Assembly (NCBI GenBank): GCA_040217195.1
Contig: JAVJNR010000008.1
Coordinates: forward strand, 512,001-576,000
From: Leptospiraceae bacterium
GTDB taxonomy: Bacteria; Spirochaetota; Leptospiria; Leptospirales; Leptonemataceae
Length of the DNA stretch: 64,000 nt
Direction: 5' to 3'
The notes beneath the pieces were generated by a model. That model was given only the letters and a program-made list of their open reading frames with translations, was not told where the DNA came from and did no database searches. Shown in pieces: positions 19,270 through 29,391 of this stretch (position 1 is its first letter; each line of letters opens with the position of its first letter). The position numbers and the translations under genes are program-made.

Positions 19270-20532
19270 ATGGGTGTAGAACTTAAAGTAAGGGGACTCT
19301 ATAAAGAGTATCCAATCTTCGCAAACCTGGGGCAGAGGCTCCGAGCTGCATTAAGCTTTGGTCTATGGCTTCCTGCCAGAAGGCATGTTGCAGTGTCGAA
19401 TCTCGACCTCCATCTGGGATGGAACAACCCGGACAAATCCAATACTTCGCATGAAGCGCCGGAATCTTCCGAAAAAAATGATCCAGATTCCGGTCTTATT
19501 GTAGGAATAGTGGGTCCCAACGGAGCCGGCAAGTCCACATTTCTGCGAATCCTATCCGGTGTCAGTCGACCAAGCGCCGGTAAAATTGAATTCCAGGGAA
19601 CGATTCGAAGCATTCTAGAACTGGGAGTGGGCTTTAGCGCTGAATTGACCGCAAGGCAGAACATTGAACACAATGGAGTGCTCTGGAATTATAGCTACAG
19701 TCAGTTAAGGAGCAAAACCGATGAAATCCTTGAGTTTGCTGAACTATTAGACTACGCCGACCAGCCAATTAAGACTTTTTCCACAGGAATGCAGATGCGC
19801 CTGGCATTCTCGGTTGCCACACTGGAACGCAGCGATTTGCTTCTGGTGGACGAAGCACTGGCCGTGGGTGATGCAAGCTTTCAACAGAAGTGTCTGGATC
19901 GCTTTAGAAAATACAGACAAGACGGGTCGTTAATTCTGATTGTCAGTCATGATATGAATCTGCTTCGAAGCGTATGCGATGAGATGGTTCTACTCAATCG
20001 AGGAAAGTTGGAGATGCGGGGGAACCCCACGGATGTATCCAGAAGATATATGGATCTCATTGCTCAGAGTCCCGGTAGCTCAGACCTATCGCAGAGCAAT
20101 GACGGAACTCTACGCAGTAGAATTCGAATTCTGAATGAACAGGAAAAATCGGTGAATCGATTCTACAGCGGAGACCGGGCCACTATCTCCATTGAGTTGG
20201 AAGCCACCGAGGAGATTTCAGACCTAACCTGTGGGATCCACATTGAAACAGCCACCGGAGTACTCGCTTTCGGAACCAATTCTTATCTATTGAGAAAAGA
20301 ATTCCATGGAAGTAAGAATACTCAGGAACTTCGATTTAATCTTAAGATGAACCTTGGACCCGGAAAATATACCGTGGGCTATTCGCTGCACAGGGGGAGA
20401 AGCCATGCCACAGATTGCTTCTTCTGGAGTCATGTAAGCGAAAGCTTCGAGATAGAAGCTCCCACCGATCAGCTTTTTGAGGGCAGCAGTAACCTGGAGC
20501 CAGAACTTGAAATCCGATCTGTACAGGACTGA
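19270..20532 (+). CDS. wzt: ABC polysaccharide exporter ATPase with C-terminal carbohydrate-binding domain (Wzt-like)
   Basis: GPNGAGKST, FSTGMQMRLAFS, LLVDEALAVGDASFQQKC, VSH; C-terminal Ig-like region (NLGPGKYTV). Confidence 0.92.
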   Translation: MGVELKVRGLYKEYPIFANLGQRLRAALSFGLWLPARRHVAVSNLDLHLGWNNPDKSNTSHEAPESSEKNDPDSGLIVGIVGPNGAGKSTFLRILSGVSRPSAGKIEFQGTIRSILELGVGFSAELTARQNIEHNGVLWNYSYSQLRSKTDEILEFAELLDYADQPIKTFSTGMQMRLAFSVATLERSDLLLVDEALAVGDASFQQKCLDRFRKYRQDGSLILIVSHDMNLLRSVCDEMVLLNRGKLEMRGNPTDVSRRYMDLIAQSPGSSDLSQSNDGTLRSRIRILNEQEKSVNRFYSGDRATISIELEATEEISDLTCGIHIETATGVLAFGTNSYLLRKEFHGSKNTQELRFNLKMNLGPGKYTVGYSLHRGRSHATDCFFWSHVSESFEIEAPTDQLFEGSSNLEPELEIRSVQD

Positions 20533-22465
20533 AGTAGATCTCAGCGGGATTTATCCGAAAGGCACTGCACCTGTAATCAAGCTTGCCGATGCAAAGGAAC
20601 TGCAGGATCGACTTTCCTCCTATTTTGAACCAGAATCTCTGTTGCCACTCTATACCGGCATCCTGGCTCTGCGAAGAGATAATCCGAAAGACTGGAAAAA
20701 CCTGAGAGAGAGCCTGCAACTTCGCTTTGTACCCGATCAAGAATCAGCTTCAGGCGCATGGCTGGATCTAATGTTTCTTCTCTACCTGGACCGGCATGTG
20801 GATTCTGATGCACTGGATTATTATTCAAGAGCTCTGCAAAGAGGCCTCCGTCCAGACCTGATTTCCACTCTTATCGCTCGCAGCTGCGATTTGCCTGCAA
20901 AAAGGCCCACTCTAGTTCGTAGCTTGAATGCACGTATTCGGCTGGCAATCTTGAAATGGATAGCTTTGCTCCCAGGCTCCGAACAAGAAATAGAGCAAAA
21001 AGGGAGCCTTACCGCCGGGCAGGACTCAAAGAAAAATCCCGGGGCAGGACAGGAGCCCGGGAAAAACCGCAATCCTGGCCCGGAGCCCCCCCGAAATGAG
21101 GATCAGACGCCAGGCAGCACTGAAATGGACGATGGCCTGATTCCTCAGGATAGAGCTGCCGGGACAGAAAGGCAGGCACCCGTAGAGAACGGAGCAGGAA
21201 AACAGAATTACAGCAGGCCTACTCTTGGATTTGTCATTCCAAGGTTTGGAGAGGGATTCGCCGGTGGCATTGAGTATCTGGCGCGAAAAGTTACGGAACT
21301 CCTGGAATCCGAATTCAACATCCGAATCTATACTACATGTGCCAGTAACTATCTGACCTGGGCGAACGAACTGGCAGTCGGAACTTTTTATTCAGGGAAC
21401 GTTCAGATAAACCGCTTCGAAGTGGATCATGAGCGAAACCTTCCTGAATTTGTGAGCGCTGAAAAAAATCTTAAGCTTAGATTATCCGATTCCAATGCCA
21501 GCAAGAAAGAACTGGAAACCCTCACGCAACAATGGATAGAAGCCCAGGGCCCCATCAGCCGTACTCTGGAAGAAACTCTGTTAAAGGATGCACGGTCCGA
21601 TTTGGATGCCGTTCTATTCTACACCATCCAGTACAGTTCCACCCTCAGGTTGCTCAGTAAAGTGCGAAGCCTGGTGCCTGTTGGCCTGGTTCCAGCTGCC
21701 CATCCTGATTGGACTCTTTCCATTCCTTATTTGATCCACTGCCTGCAGGCAGCCGATCTATGGATTACCAGTACTCCTGAGGAAGAATCCCTCCTTCGAG
21801 CAAAGTTGGATGGTATGGGCAACCAGAACTCAACAGGCACTCCTCCGGCATTAGGCACTCCTCCGGCATTACCGGGAGGACTACCTGTTCGGCTGCCCGG
21901 AAAAAGACCGCAAATGCAGCCGGTGCATGGATTGGAGGGGCAGCAATTTCTATTATTTGTAGGTCGTCTGGATGTGTCCAAAGGAGTGGATGAGCTGATT
22001 GAGTATTTTCTGATCTACAAATCTGATAAGAACCGCGATCCGGGGCTGAAGCTAGTTCTAGCAGGAAATGCGGCCATGGCCATTCCGGAACATCCGGATA
22101 TTGTGATGACCGGTTTTGTAAGTGATGCAGAGCTGGAATGGCTTTATGCCCATGCCCGAGCTCTGGTCAATCCATCCCATTACGAAAGTCTTTCCATTGT
22201 TCTACTGGAAGCCTGGGCCAGAGGATTGCCTACTATTTCCAGCGGTCAGAGCGCTGTTATGGAAGGCCAGACTGCCAGAAGCCAGTGTGGCTTTTGTTAT
22301 CGCAACCGGGAGGAATTCTTTCTGGCCGTTCAATCGATTACCGATCTTTCAGACGTTTCCCGAAAGGGCCCATCTTTCATCTCTGAAAATTACAATTCAG
22401 AAGTGATCCGGCAAAACTACACTTCCGCCCTACAGAAATTGATTACTTCCAGGAATGATATGTAA
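20507..22465 (+). CDS. GT4 family glycosyltransferase with N-terminal extension
   Basis: PRFG..AGGIE, LFVGRLDVSKG, NPSHYESLSIVLLEAW; TTG 20507 with GGAG 7 nt upstream. Confidence 0.88.
   Translation: MKSDLYRTEVDLSGIYPKGTAPVIKLADAKELQDRLSSYFEPESLLPLYTGILALRRDNPKDWKNLRESLQLRFVPDQESASGAWLDLMFLLYLDRHVDSDALDYYSRALQRGLRPDLISTLIARSCDLPAKRPTLVRSLNARIRLAILKWIALLPGSEQEIEQKGSLTAGQDSKKNPGAGQEPGKNRNPGPEPPRNEDQTPGSTEMDDGLIPQDRAAGTERQAPVENGAGKQNYSRPTLGFVIPRFGEGFAGGIEYLARKVTELLESEFNIRIYTTCASNYLTWANELAVGTFYSGNVQINRFEVDHERNLPEFVSAEKNLKLRLSDSNASKKELETLTQQWIEAQGPISRTLEETLLKDARSDLDAVLFYTIQYSSTLRLLSKVRSLVPVGLVPAAHPDWTLSIPYLIHCLQAADLWITSTPEEESLLRAKLDGMGNQNSTGTPPALGTPPALPGGLPVRLPGKRPQMQPVHGLEGQQFLLFVGRLDVSKGVDELIEYFLIYKSDKNRDPGLKLVLAGNAAMAIPEHPDIVMTGFVSDAELEWLYAHARALVNPSHYESLSIVLLEAWARGLPTISSGQSAVMEGQTARSQCGFCYRNREEFFLAVQSITDLSDVSRKGPSFISENYNSEVIRQNYTSALQKLITSRNDM
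21835..21870 (+). repeat. in-frame 18-bp tandem duplication (GTPPAL x2) inside the GT4 gene
   Basis: aggcactcctccggcatt repeated exactly twice. Confidence 0.9.
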
Positions 22466-22847
22466 GAGCCAATCGAATGAATTTCCTGACGGATTGCTCA
22501 TCTTTCTTGCGAAGTGGATGAGAATCGTTGAATCTGAGGCCCCGGCTACCATCGTAATGAAGGCCTGATAAGCCACTTGCCCGAGCGCGTTCCACGACTC
22601 TGGACTGGCAATGCACTCGAACGAAATACTCCTGGTCCTTGTGTTCCAGTCTAACAGTGGTCCCTTTTCCTGAACGGGCCATATAGGAAGGAGCATTCCA
22701 TTTCAACGTCTCAGACACTCCTCCAATGGGCTCCTCCCTGGCTACATCAAGAATCAACTCCCGAAGCCTATTTATGCTTCGCTGCACGTCTGGCGGGGCA
22801 GTTTCCAACCTCTTTTTGATCTGTGCAGGTATGGACTCTCGTTTCAT
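22443..22847 (-). CDS. DUF1801 (YdhG-like) protein
   Basis: RLRELILDVA, ETLKWNAPSY, VHCQS, ALTYH. Confidence 0.85.
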   Translation of the reverse strand: MKRESIPAQIKKRLETAPPDVQRSINRLRELILDVAREEPIGGVSETLKWNAPSYMARSGKGTTVRLEHKDQEYFVRVHCQSRVVERARASGLSGLHYDGSRGLRFNDSHPLRKKDEQSVRKFIRLALTYHSWK

Positions 22848-22909
22848 GGTATTAAAATCTAAAAATCCGGTGCCGTGAATTGAAGCCCCAATGGCTGGCT
22901 GCTTGGTGT

Positions 22910-23887
22910 CTACAGCCGGAGCTTACGCTCATCCAGAGAGCGTAATTCCTCTTCGCTATAACGTGAGCTGGAACTTTCAGTGGATTCTGCAACAGCTTCC
23001 CTATGGTTACATTGAAAACAGATCAGATCCTCCGTGCCCAGGGTTTCGAGCTCATAGTTTTCCAGGGTTTCCGCTTCCAATTGCTCGAGCCGGCTCTCCG
23101 GAAACATTGGCTGTCCGCATTTTGGACAGGGCTTCACTCGCCCCTGCTTTTCCTTCGAATCAATGCTAAAACGATCATCGAAAACAAAGCATTCCCCCTG
23201 CCAGAAGCCATCTGGATACTTCTTTAGATAGTTGATGATTCCGCCTTCTATTTGAAATACATTTTCATAGCCTTTGCTTCGCATGAAAGGAACAACCTTT
23301 TCACATCGAATGCCTCCGGTGCAGAATGTTACCAGAGTCTTATCCTTGAACTTATTCAGTATTTCATATTTTTCACGAAAATCGGAGAATTTCTCCAAGG
23401 GCATTCTATAGGCTCCTTTGAACGAGCCTACCAGGGATTCAAAATCATTTCGCACATCAATGGGAACCACCTGGCCGGATTGCATCAACCGATGAAATTC
23501 CTCTGGAGTCAGAAATCTTCCCTGATTGGCATTCCAGTCTATGGGTTCACCAAAGGTAATAATCTCCGCTTTTACTTTTAATCGAAGCCGGCGAAATACA
23601 TAGTGGTCTCGATTGGTTCTCTGTCTTTTTATCTCTGCACCCTTCAAAAATGCAAACTCCGAGGTTGCCAGCATTTCTTCGACAAATGCATCCAGGGCTT
23701 CCGGCAGGCCACAAAACCCGCAATTGATGCCTTCCGGTGCAATCAATACGGTACCGTGCAAACCATGATTCTCTGCAATACTGAGTAGAGCGGTGCCCAG
23801 TTCTTCGGGCTGTGCAATGGAAGCAAACCGATAGAAATTGATTACATCACCGGTGCGGCCTTCCGGGTATTTCTTGCGTCGGGGCAT
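22910..23887 (-). CDS. trhO: tRNA uridine(34) hydroxylase, rhodanese-domain
   Basis: GTVLIAPEGIN, KVKAEII, DVRNDFE, FCTGGIRCEK, GGIINY, GECFVFDDR. Confidence 0.9.
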   Translation of the reverse strand: MPRRKKYPEGRTGDVINFYRFASIAQPEELGTALLSIAENHGLHGTVLIAPEGINCGFCGLPEALDAFVEEMLATSEFAFLKGAEIKRQRTNRDHYVFRRLRLKVKAEIITFGEPIDWNANQGRFLTPEEFHRLMQSGQVVPIDVRNDFESLVGSFKGAYRMPLEKFSDFREKYEILNKFKDKTLVTFCTGGIRCEKVVPFMRSKGYENVFQIEGGIINYLKKYPDGFWQGECFVFDDRFSIDSKEKQGRVKPCPKCGQPMFPESRLEQLEAETLENYELETLGTEDLICFQCNHREAVAESTESSSSRYSEEELRSLDERKLRL

Positions 23888-24071
23888 ACATCCAGCGAAG
23901 CGAATGTGCATGGTAGGGCAAGCGGAAAACCGCAATCAGGAAAATCGATGCGGTTTTGCCAGAGCCTGAGCTGAGTGGCTTACAGGCCACTGACGTCCAG
24001 GCCGGGCGCCCGAAAAAATGGGTCTGCAGGATGCAGGGCCCCGGGCGCCGCGGTCACGTTTTCAGTTCAGC

Positions 24072-25229
24072 TCAAGGACCGGAACTCAGTCGGATTTCCG
24101 ATATTGCTGCATCCTCCCACTTGGAGCCCTTACTAACTCCGGTCACTTCCAGCCGGATAGCAGAGACACCGTTGCAGGAGCCCACATGTTGATAGTCCAT
24201 GATATTATCTTCCAGATTCGCGGACCTGGAAGTAGAGTCATGAGGATTGAAGCAAACCAGGTTCACATTCGTAATCCTGTTATTCTGATTATACAGTTCT
24301 TCCGATTTAGCGAATCCATTTACCAGTTCTACATTCACATAGTCGTAGGTACGATCGAATGTAATGGTCATGGACTCACCAACTCCGCCATTCTTGCTGG
24401 TCTGCCATGATGTTGAGAACGAACCGTCAAAAGCCTGCTCTGGAGAATACACATGCTCCCGACCTACAACATCGCTGTCTACCCAGCTAGTGGCATCGAG
24501 AGTGGCGGTGCCAAATCCTTGAATAGCAACCTCTGGCTGGACTTTTACATCTCCCTGGCCTACGGTTTCTCTGAGGACCCAGTGTTCCTGACCTTTCCAG
24601 ATGTTGAATTTAACAAAATCCCCTTCTTCATCCACCTGATAGCCTTTCTTTCCCACGGGCAGAGTTCCCACAGTTCGACGATTGCGATCCGGTCGGTCAT
24701 AAATCTTGGTTTCGTTTAGAGCCGTCAGGATGATCTTTTCTCCGATGAAAATATCTCCGGAAGGAACCCAGGCTACCTCATCAAGTCCGGCAATTCCAAC
24801 CTGGGAATACTTTTTACCGTCCACTTCCTTTTCTCGAATGAGCCGAAAAGACTCCCCTCGGGCCAGTCGGGCCACCGCTTTGCGTTCTTCGGTGCCAGGC
24901 TTGTCATAGGCCACGGTAGGTATGATGGCAAATCCAGGAACGGCCAGCTTTCCTTTCTTATCCGAAATCTGAATTGCACTATCCGGAATCCAGCCTTTCG
25001 TGTCGCCGGACATCTTAATCTGAACCAATTTCTCGCCACCGATTTCACGGGAATCTGTGACCGTTACTTCCTCACCCGGACGTACTTTTCCAATGGTCTC
25101 AGGATGTGCAAGCTCCGGATCATCGATTACTGAAGCGGACTCGAGTACAATTCCTCTCTGACCATCACCACACTGGAGGGCCAATGCCAGCAGGCAGAGT
25201 ACCGGTACGATTTTCCAATTCTTTCTCAT
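24072..25229 (-). CDS. lipoprotein with several SH3b-like domains and a C-terminal discoidin/glycan-binding-like domain
   Basis: Lipobox ALQC; repeated GW/AW SH3b-like segments; AFDGSFSTSW, NGFAKS...NNRI, AAISEI. Confidence 0.8.
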   Translation of the reverse strand: MRKNWKIVPVLCLLALALQCGDGQRGIVLESASVIDDPELAHPETIGKVRPGEEVTVTDSREIGGEKLVQIKMSGDTKGWIPDSAIQISDKKGKLAVPGFAIIPTVAYDKPGTEERKAVARLARGESFRLIREKEVDGKKYSQVGIAGLDEVAWVPSGDIFIGEKIILTALNETKIYDRPDRNRRTVGTLPVGKKGYQVDEEGDFVKFNIWKGQEHWVLRETVGQGDVKVQPEVAIQGFGTATLDATSWVDSDVVGREHVYSPEQAFDGSFSTSWQTSKNGGVGESMTITFDRTYDYVNVELVNGFAKSEELYNQNNRITNVNLVCFNPHDSTSRSANLEDNIMDYQHVGSCNGVSAIRLEVTGVSKGSKWEDAAISEIRLSSGP

Positions 25230-25351
25230 TTAAACTCCCCTAATATTCGCATTGCTGCTTAGTTTTTTTATTCCTACATACATTTCTGTCTCTGGAACAA
25301 TCTCAAATTCTGTAAGATTGATGACTCATTTCTATTCAAGCATTTGCAGAT

Positions 25352-26545
25352 CTATCGCAGACTGAGCACCGAGATCTTATTGTCAGCCGCGACATAGAGT
25401 TTGAGTGACCGGGAATCGAATGCCAACGCATCTACCTCATCGTCGGCCAGCCCCTGTTCGGCGGTAAAACTGGACCATCCGGTGCCCTGGTCCGTGCTAA
25501 AAGAAATGCCGTTATCGGTGGCCACAAGTACCATAGTCCCAACTGCAATGATATCGTTTACGCTACCGCTCTCAAAATGCCGGTAGCCGGACTCATTGAG
25601 TAAGTGGATGCCATCGTCGCCGCCGGCCCAGACACTTCCATCGGAAGAACAGGCGAGCGCCGGAGAATCCTCTATCTCATCGGATGAGTCCAGCCTACTT
25701 AACTGTCCGGGAGCGCTGCGAAGAGCCCGGGCAACACCATCTTCGAAGGATACCCAGAAACTTACCGAACCTGCACTTCCAGAACAAACAGCCAGCGCCA
25801 GAGCATCACCGCCTGGATCATATCCACTAAGAGGCTTCCAGGATTTACCGGCATCCTCGGTCATTACGGAACCTTCTTCTGTGAGCGCCAACCAGCGAGC
25901 AGAGCTCAATATTGCTACATCCTTTACTTCATTGGAAGGCAGGCCGTTGGATGCTCGGAAGCGGCTCCAGGTTTGCCCTCCATTATGACTGATCCAGAAC
26001 CCGGAGCCCTCGCCCTCGGTAGACCCCAGGGCGATTCCGTTGCTACCCGATGTATGGATGGCATCAATGGTTCCGATTTTCTGGCCCAGCACTGTAGGCT
26101 CCAGGGTCTGCCAGATTGCACCGCCGTCTTTGGAGATACTCAATGAATTATTATGCACAACATAGATAGTGCCGTCCAGGGATACCTCTAACATGCGAAT
26201 TTCCGAGTTTCCCACAGGTCCAATCTGTCGGTCCAGATTCAGACTCTTTCCGCCAGGGGCTACCTCCAGGCCCAGATAGGTCCCAAATACCCAGCCCTGT
26301 TTTCCCGTTCTTTCATGAATGATTTTATACCAGTAGTTAGACTTTCCATCCGCCTGGCTCATTTCATTGCGGCGTTTAATGACAGAAACCCTGTCATTTT
26401 TTTTCATCACAGTGACTACATCTCCGTTCACAGTGGGCACTCCCCGCAGATTTACATAATCTCCCAGGATTCGGGCCTTCTGGCCGGAGGGATTGGCCCA
26501 GAGCGGGAAACAGGACAGAACAAATAGAAGAGCAATCTTTCGCAT
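25352..26545 (-). CDS. exported SH3b plus Asp-box (BNR) beta-propeller protein
   Basis: VNLRGVP...WYKI...GWVFGTYL; Asp boxes SKDGGAIW, SHNGGQTW, TEDAGKSW, STDQGTGW. Confidence 0.85.
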   Translation of the reverse strand: MRKIALLFVLSCFPLWANPSGQKARILGDYVNLRGVPTVNGDVVTVMKKNDRVSVIKRRNEMSQADGKSNYWYKIIHERTGKQGWVFGTYLGLEVAPGGKSLNLDRQIGPVGNSEIRMLEVSLDGTIYVVHNNSLSISKDGGAIWQTLEPTVLGQKIGTIDAIHTSGSNGIALGSTEGEGSGFWISHNGGQTWSRFRASNGLPSNEVKDVAILSSARWLALTEEGSVMTEDAGKSWKPLSGYDPGGDALALAVCSGSAGSVSFWVSFEDGVARALRSAPGQLSRLDSSDEIEDSPALACSSDGSVWAGGDDGIHLLNESGYRHFESGSVNDIIAVGTMVLVATDNGISFSTDQGTGWSSFTAEQGLADDEVDALAFDSRSLKLYVAADNKISVLSLR

Positions 26546-26751
26546 CGGTGCATCGTATAGTATCTTGAATGTCAGTCAATCAACTTAGGCGGCTTCGCCC
26601 ATACATTTGATATTCAACCCGGCCAAACCAGAAAAGAGCTTCCAGGGACCAGAGAGCAGCCTCCAGGATCGAAAAGAACAGATTTAATCCGGGATTTTCA
26701 GGTTGAAAGTTAGCTCAATGGAGTTAGCCTCTGGCTTTTTATGGAGAGACG

Positions 26752-27978
26752 ATGATTCTAAAGCTAACCATTCGACCCGGGGACACCGAGGATGATATTC
26801 GAGATAAGCAACTGTTTGTTCCCATGCTGGCAGCCGCGGTGGGCCTGAGCGTTGTGGTGGCATCTATTCAGTACTACGTAATTAATAGTGGCTCTGCGAT
26901 AATTCCACTTGTTCTGGCCGGTGTTTTCTTTATCAATCTGCTGCTGCTCATTGCCACTGGCAGTATTGCACTTTGTCATAACATTGCCTTTCTTGCCCTG
27001 CTCACCCTACCGGCGCTGGATCAGTGGGCCCTGGGCGGATTTGTAGCCACAGGGGGACTGGCTATATGGGGTATGGGAGGGCCTTTTGGAGGAATGATCT
27101 TTCGAAGTCTTCCTGAAGCTATGATCCAGTTTGTCCTCTATTTGATAGTTTTTGCTGTGGCAATCCTGGCTGAACAATGGTATCCATCTCCGTTTGCCGG
27201 TGTTCCAAAAGAGGCCTCTGTGTTTCTTCTAATTGGAAACCTGGCTGCATTTATGGGCTACATAATGGTGAACGTGATGCATTTTCGGATGCAGCGGGAT
27301 GAAGCTCAAAACGCCCTGAGAGAGCAGCACTCTCTTCTCCAGGAGGAAAAACATCGGTCCGAAAACCTGCTTTTAAATGTGCTACCGGCCCGGATCGCAG
27401 ACCGATTAAAAGCAGAGCCCGGGCCCATAGCCGAGGGCTTTGACGATGTATGTATTATCTTTGCCGATATTGCAAATTTCACTCCTCTGGCATCCAAAAT
27501 GGAACCCACCAGACTTGTGGGCATACTGAATGAAATCTTTTCTAGATTCGATGACATTGCAGAACAGTACGGACTGGAGAAAATCAAAACCCTGGGCGAT
27601 GCTTACATGGCAGCTGCCGGTTTGCCGGAAAAGGTAGATCGCCCGGCCCAGAGATGCGCTGAAGCAGCCCTGGCCATGCAGAGTACGCTGCGCACGATCC
27701 ACATCCCGGAAGCACCGGACATTCAATTGCGTATTGGTATTCATTCCGGCCCGGTGGTAGCCGGAGTGATAGGACGAAAGAAGTTCATTTATGATCTATG
27801 GGGCGATGCAGTGAATACAGCCAGTCGAATGGAATCCCATGGAAATGCCGGGCACATCCACATTAGCGCGGAAGCGTCTCGTCTTCTGGACGATGAATTC
27901 GTTCTTCAGGCCAGAGGACAGATCGATATTAAAGGAAAGGGTCTGATGCCCACATATTTCCTTCTGAGTAAGAAGTGA
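26752..27978 (+). CDS. membrane-bound class III adenylate cyclase
   Basis: About 6 TMs; FADIANFT, EKIKTLGDAYM (ATP-specifying Lys), IYDLWGDAVNTASRMES. Confidence 0.93.
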   Translation: MILKLTIRPGDTEDDIRDKQLFVPMLAAAVGLSVVVASIQYYVINSGSAIIPLVLAGVFFINLLLLIATGSIALCHNIAFLALLTLPALDQWALGGFVATGGLAIWGMGGPFGGMIFRSLPEAMIQFVLYLIVFAVAILAEQWYPSPFAGVPKEASVFLLIGNLAAFMGYIMVNVMHFRMQRDEAQNALREQHSLLQEEKHRSENLLLNVLPARIADRLKAEPGPIAEGFDDVCIIFADIANFTPLASKMEPTRLVGILNEIFSRFDDIAEQYGLEKIKTLGDAYMAAAGLPEKVDRPAQRCAEAALAMQSTLRTIHIPEAPDIQLRIGIHSGPVVAGVIGRKKFIYDLWGDAVNTASRMESHGNAGHIHISAEASRLLDDEFVLQARGQIDIKGKGLMPTYFLLSKK

Positions 27979-28218
27979 GTTGTGTTAATCGTTTCTGTGC
28001 GGCCGGTAGAAACCTGTGGTTCCCAAATATGATGGATTCTCCCTATTCTCATGAATAATTCGGCCTGATCCCTGGGCTCAGAACTCAACGTCCATGCCGC
28101 TTCGAATTCAACCAGACCTCATGAAACTGGCCAATACGCTACATCGAAGTTCTACCAGACCGAGAATGATCCTCTGCAGTGAACCTGGAAACCCGATTGA
28201 AAGCTTCCTCTCAGGCGC

Positions 28219-29097
28219 TTACTGTTCTACCGGCGGGAAAGATTGCAAATAGAGCCATAAAGCGTCCAACTCCACGTCCGTCATCTGGCTAAACGACGGC
28301 CACGGCATAGTGCGATCGAGCACTCGACCATCCGGACGTACCCCCTGCCGCATGGCTCTGAAAAACTCCTCTTTGCTCCATTTACCAATACCGTACTTTC
28401 TGTCGAAGGTGATGTTGGGTGCCCGAGGAGTACCCGGTGCTTCGCCCATCATCTTTTGCCCTCCAAGATCTACTCCGTGGCAATGGTGGCATCCCCGGGA
28501 TAGATATCGACCAAACTCTTCCGTTGGCTCCGCTTTCACAACCTTCGACGGATTGATGGCATGATTTATCCGCTCTACGGGTAGTGCACCAGGTAACCCG
28601 AGGGCGACCAGAAGAATGGGGCCCGGTCCAAGTTCGGTTCCGGGTAGTTCCTTATCTACCGCAGGAAGGGTGTTAATATAGGAAATGATCTTTGCGAGTT
28701 CGTCATCGCTCAAATGAGCGTATTCATTGGATGGCATGAAGGCCAGTGGTCTGCCGTCCTCTCCCACTCCATGCCGCACAGCCCGCACGATTTCAGCCGC
28801 TGTGGGTCTTCGGCTGCCGGCACCGCCCGTCAAATTCGGAACGACAAGGCGACCAATGAGAAAGCTTTCCCCGGTGATTTTACCCTCGAAGCCGCTCATA
28901 TGGCAATCAATACATTGCCTGGCAGAGTAAAGTCTCTTTCCTTCGGCCACCGATATGGCATCTGCGGGAATCTCGATATTATCCGCCGGAAAATCGTACA
29001 CCCGATGCATTCGCCAATAAGCAGTTCCATAAAGCGCCGCAGCCGCAATCAGTAGCACCGCGGCCGAACCCAGGATGATAGTTTGCAACGTTTTCAT
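28219..29097 (-). CDS. membrane-anchored diheme cytochrome c
   Basis: CIDCH and CHHCH; distal Met motifs FMPS and TMPW; PNLT/PNIT. Confidence 0.9.
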   Translation of the reverse strand: MKTLQTIILGSAAVLLIAAAALYGTAYWRMHRVYDFPADNIEIPADAISVAEGKRLYSARQCIDCHMSGFEGKITGESFLIGRLVVPNLTGGAGSRRPTAAEIVRAVRHGVGEDGRPLAFMPSNEYAHLSDDELAKIISYINTLPAVDKELPGTELGPGPILLVALGLPGALPVERINHAINPSKVVKAEPTEEFGRYLSRGCHHCHGVDLGGQKMMGEAPGTPRAPNITFDRKYGIGKWSKEEFFRAMRQGVRPDGRVLDRTMPWPSFSQMTDVELDALWLYLQSFPPVEQ

Positions 29098-29391
29098 TCA
29101 CATACCTTGATAAAGAATCCCTCGCGGATGTTCTCTTCGGCATCGCCAGTCAGGGGCCGTCATTGGCAACCGCCTCCGAAAAAAACGAAACTCCCGGCCT
29201 GGCGCCACCGAGTAATAGGCTCTCCATTTCTCTGGTCAATCATTCTGCAAGTTCGCGAATTGGACGAATCAGTTAAGACCTATTGCTGCTTCGCTTCACC
29301 GCGTTGTCAGTGTAGCATAATGAAAAAATACCACCTGAAATCCACATAGAAAAAGGGAAAAGGGTACATCCAGAGCAGCAACAATGAACCC

